From assembly GCA_051294375.1 (NCBI GenBank), contig CM119269.1, forward strand, positions 12,494,790-12,558,789: a DNA stretch of 64,000 nt, in the 5' to 3' direction. The stretch comes from Paraspadella gotoi (Eukaryota; Animalia; Chaetognatha). Each line of letters begins with the position of its first letter. Within the stretch, counting starts at the first letter, position 1. Under the pieces are notes generated by a model, which ran no database searches, was not told the origin of the DNA, and saw only the letters and a list, made by a program, of their open reading frames with translations. Made by a program: the position numbers and the translations under genes. Below are positions 62,981 through 64,000 of this stretch, one piece after another.

Positions 62981-63503
62981 CTGAAAAACATTTAAATATC
63001 GGTTTATTATTAAATATACGCAAACCGATCTATACTTTTTAGTTTAAAGGTTGCAAAATTGCCAATTAAAATTTAACGCAGGGAATCAAAAATTCAATTT
63101 CAATAATCTCAATAACCGATTTTAAGTTCTTTCAAAATGGTAAGATTTATTACACCAACTTAAATTACATTTAGAGTTAATTTCACTAATAAATATGAAG
63201 GTGAACTTCGATAGCTTCGTGAATTTTTAAAAAAAAATTCTCTCTACTTCTTTCTCCTATTTCTAGTTTTAACTACATTCCTTCTCTTTTCTCCCTAATT
63301 CTTTCTATCTCTCTCAATGAAACTCAAAGAAAAAACCTCCAGTGATGATTTGGACAGTTTGAATCTTAGAAGCCTTTTTATCAAGACACATTCATATATC
63401 ACGATGAAATTAGTTTGAGAAAACCACAAAAATTTACGAGGGAGCTGTTAGAAGCGGTCATTATGACATTTAAAGGTGTTAGTAGAAATAAGGAAATGCG
63501 ACT

Positions 63504-63838
63504 TCATACCAGCGTTGCGACCCAATCAGCGGGGATATTACAGGCCCCAAAAGGTTGCACCCACTGGGTTGAGGACGAGAACCGGCTAAAATAATCTTTG
63601 TGGCTTTCGTATTCTTCCTCCTCGTCGCTGAGCGAAACAACACTGAACGTTGTGCTGAATCTTTTCAAATGATCCAGGTTCGCTCCGGTGGGATTGCAAC
63701 ACTTTTCGATATCACAGTCACGGTGACAATCAACTAGGGTTTTCACTCCATTGACATCCGGCTCCAAAGCTGTCTCCTGATCGAGCAAAGTTATTTTTTC
63801 ACGAAATTGGGTTTGTAATGTAATAGTTTCCAAAGATT
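63504..63838 (-). other. Intronic 109-codon open frame without ATG (possible alternative terminal exon or relic)
   Basis: More GC-rich than its flanks and contains CHRDC...CC. There is an in-frame stop just upstream and a possible AAG acceptor. Confidence 0.3.
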
Positions 63839-64000
63839 CTTAATCTATTCCGAAAACTACTGCACTTTTCTTCTTAGTTTTTCCGCAGAACCGAAGGTTG
63901 ACGCCAAATCATACATTTTAAGGAATTTATTATAAAAGCTTTGAAAAGTATAAATAGTAAACTAAAACCATGAGGCAAAGCGAACTGATGGTGGTAGCAG

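Overview
This is eukaryotic DNA from a compact invertebrate animal genome (species not determinable), with CpG-rich exons and short AT-rich introns. About 11 spliced genes were reconstructed by hand. The window opens with a tight same-strand cluster RPS16-RPSA-RPL38. Introns in this cluster, plus non-coding introns after the RPL38 stop, carry about 6 snoRNA candidates, one of them SNORD79-like. Then come a secreted two-domain orphan protein, a SAXO/FAM154-like gene, an XK-family membrane protein, and a predicted type I membrane protein with apparently extracellular ankyrin repeats interleaved with sushi-like Cys domains. Further on are an unknown minus-strand gene, a type II multi-EGF protein with an astacin gene (His/Asp-rich insert) nested antisense in one intron, and the 3' end of a Scribble-like gene. 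Repeats include two tRNA-derived SINE families, several MITEs, a TIR element with 4-bp TSDs, an 84-bp solo-LTR-like insert and a Penelope-type minimal hammerhead ribozyme insertion. A ~3-kb fold-back (16.9-23.5 kb) is probably an assembly or read artifact. All gene models are manual and untested by database search or RNA data.
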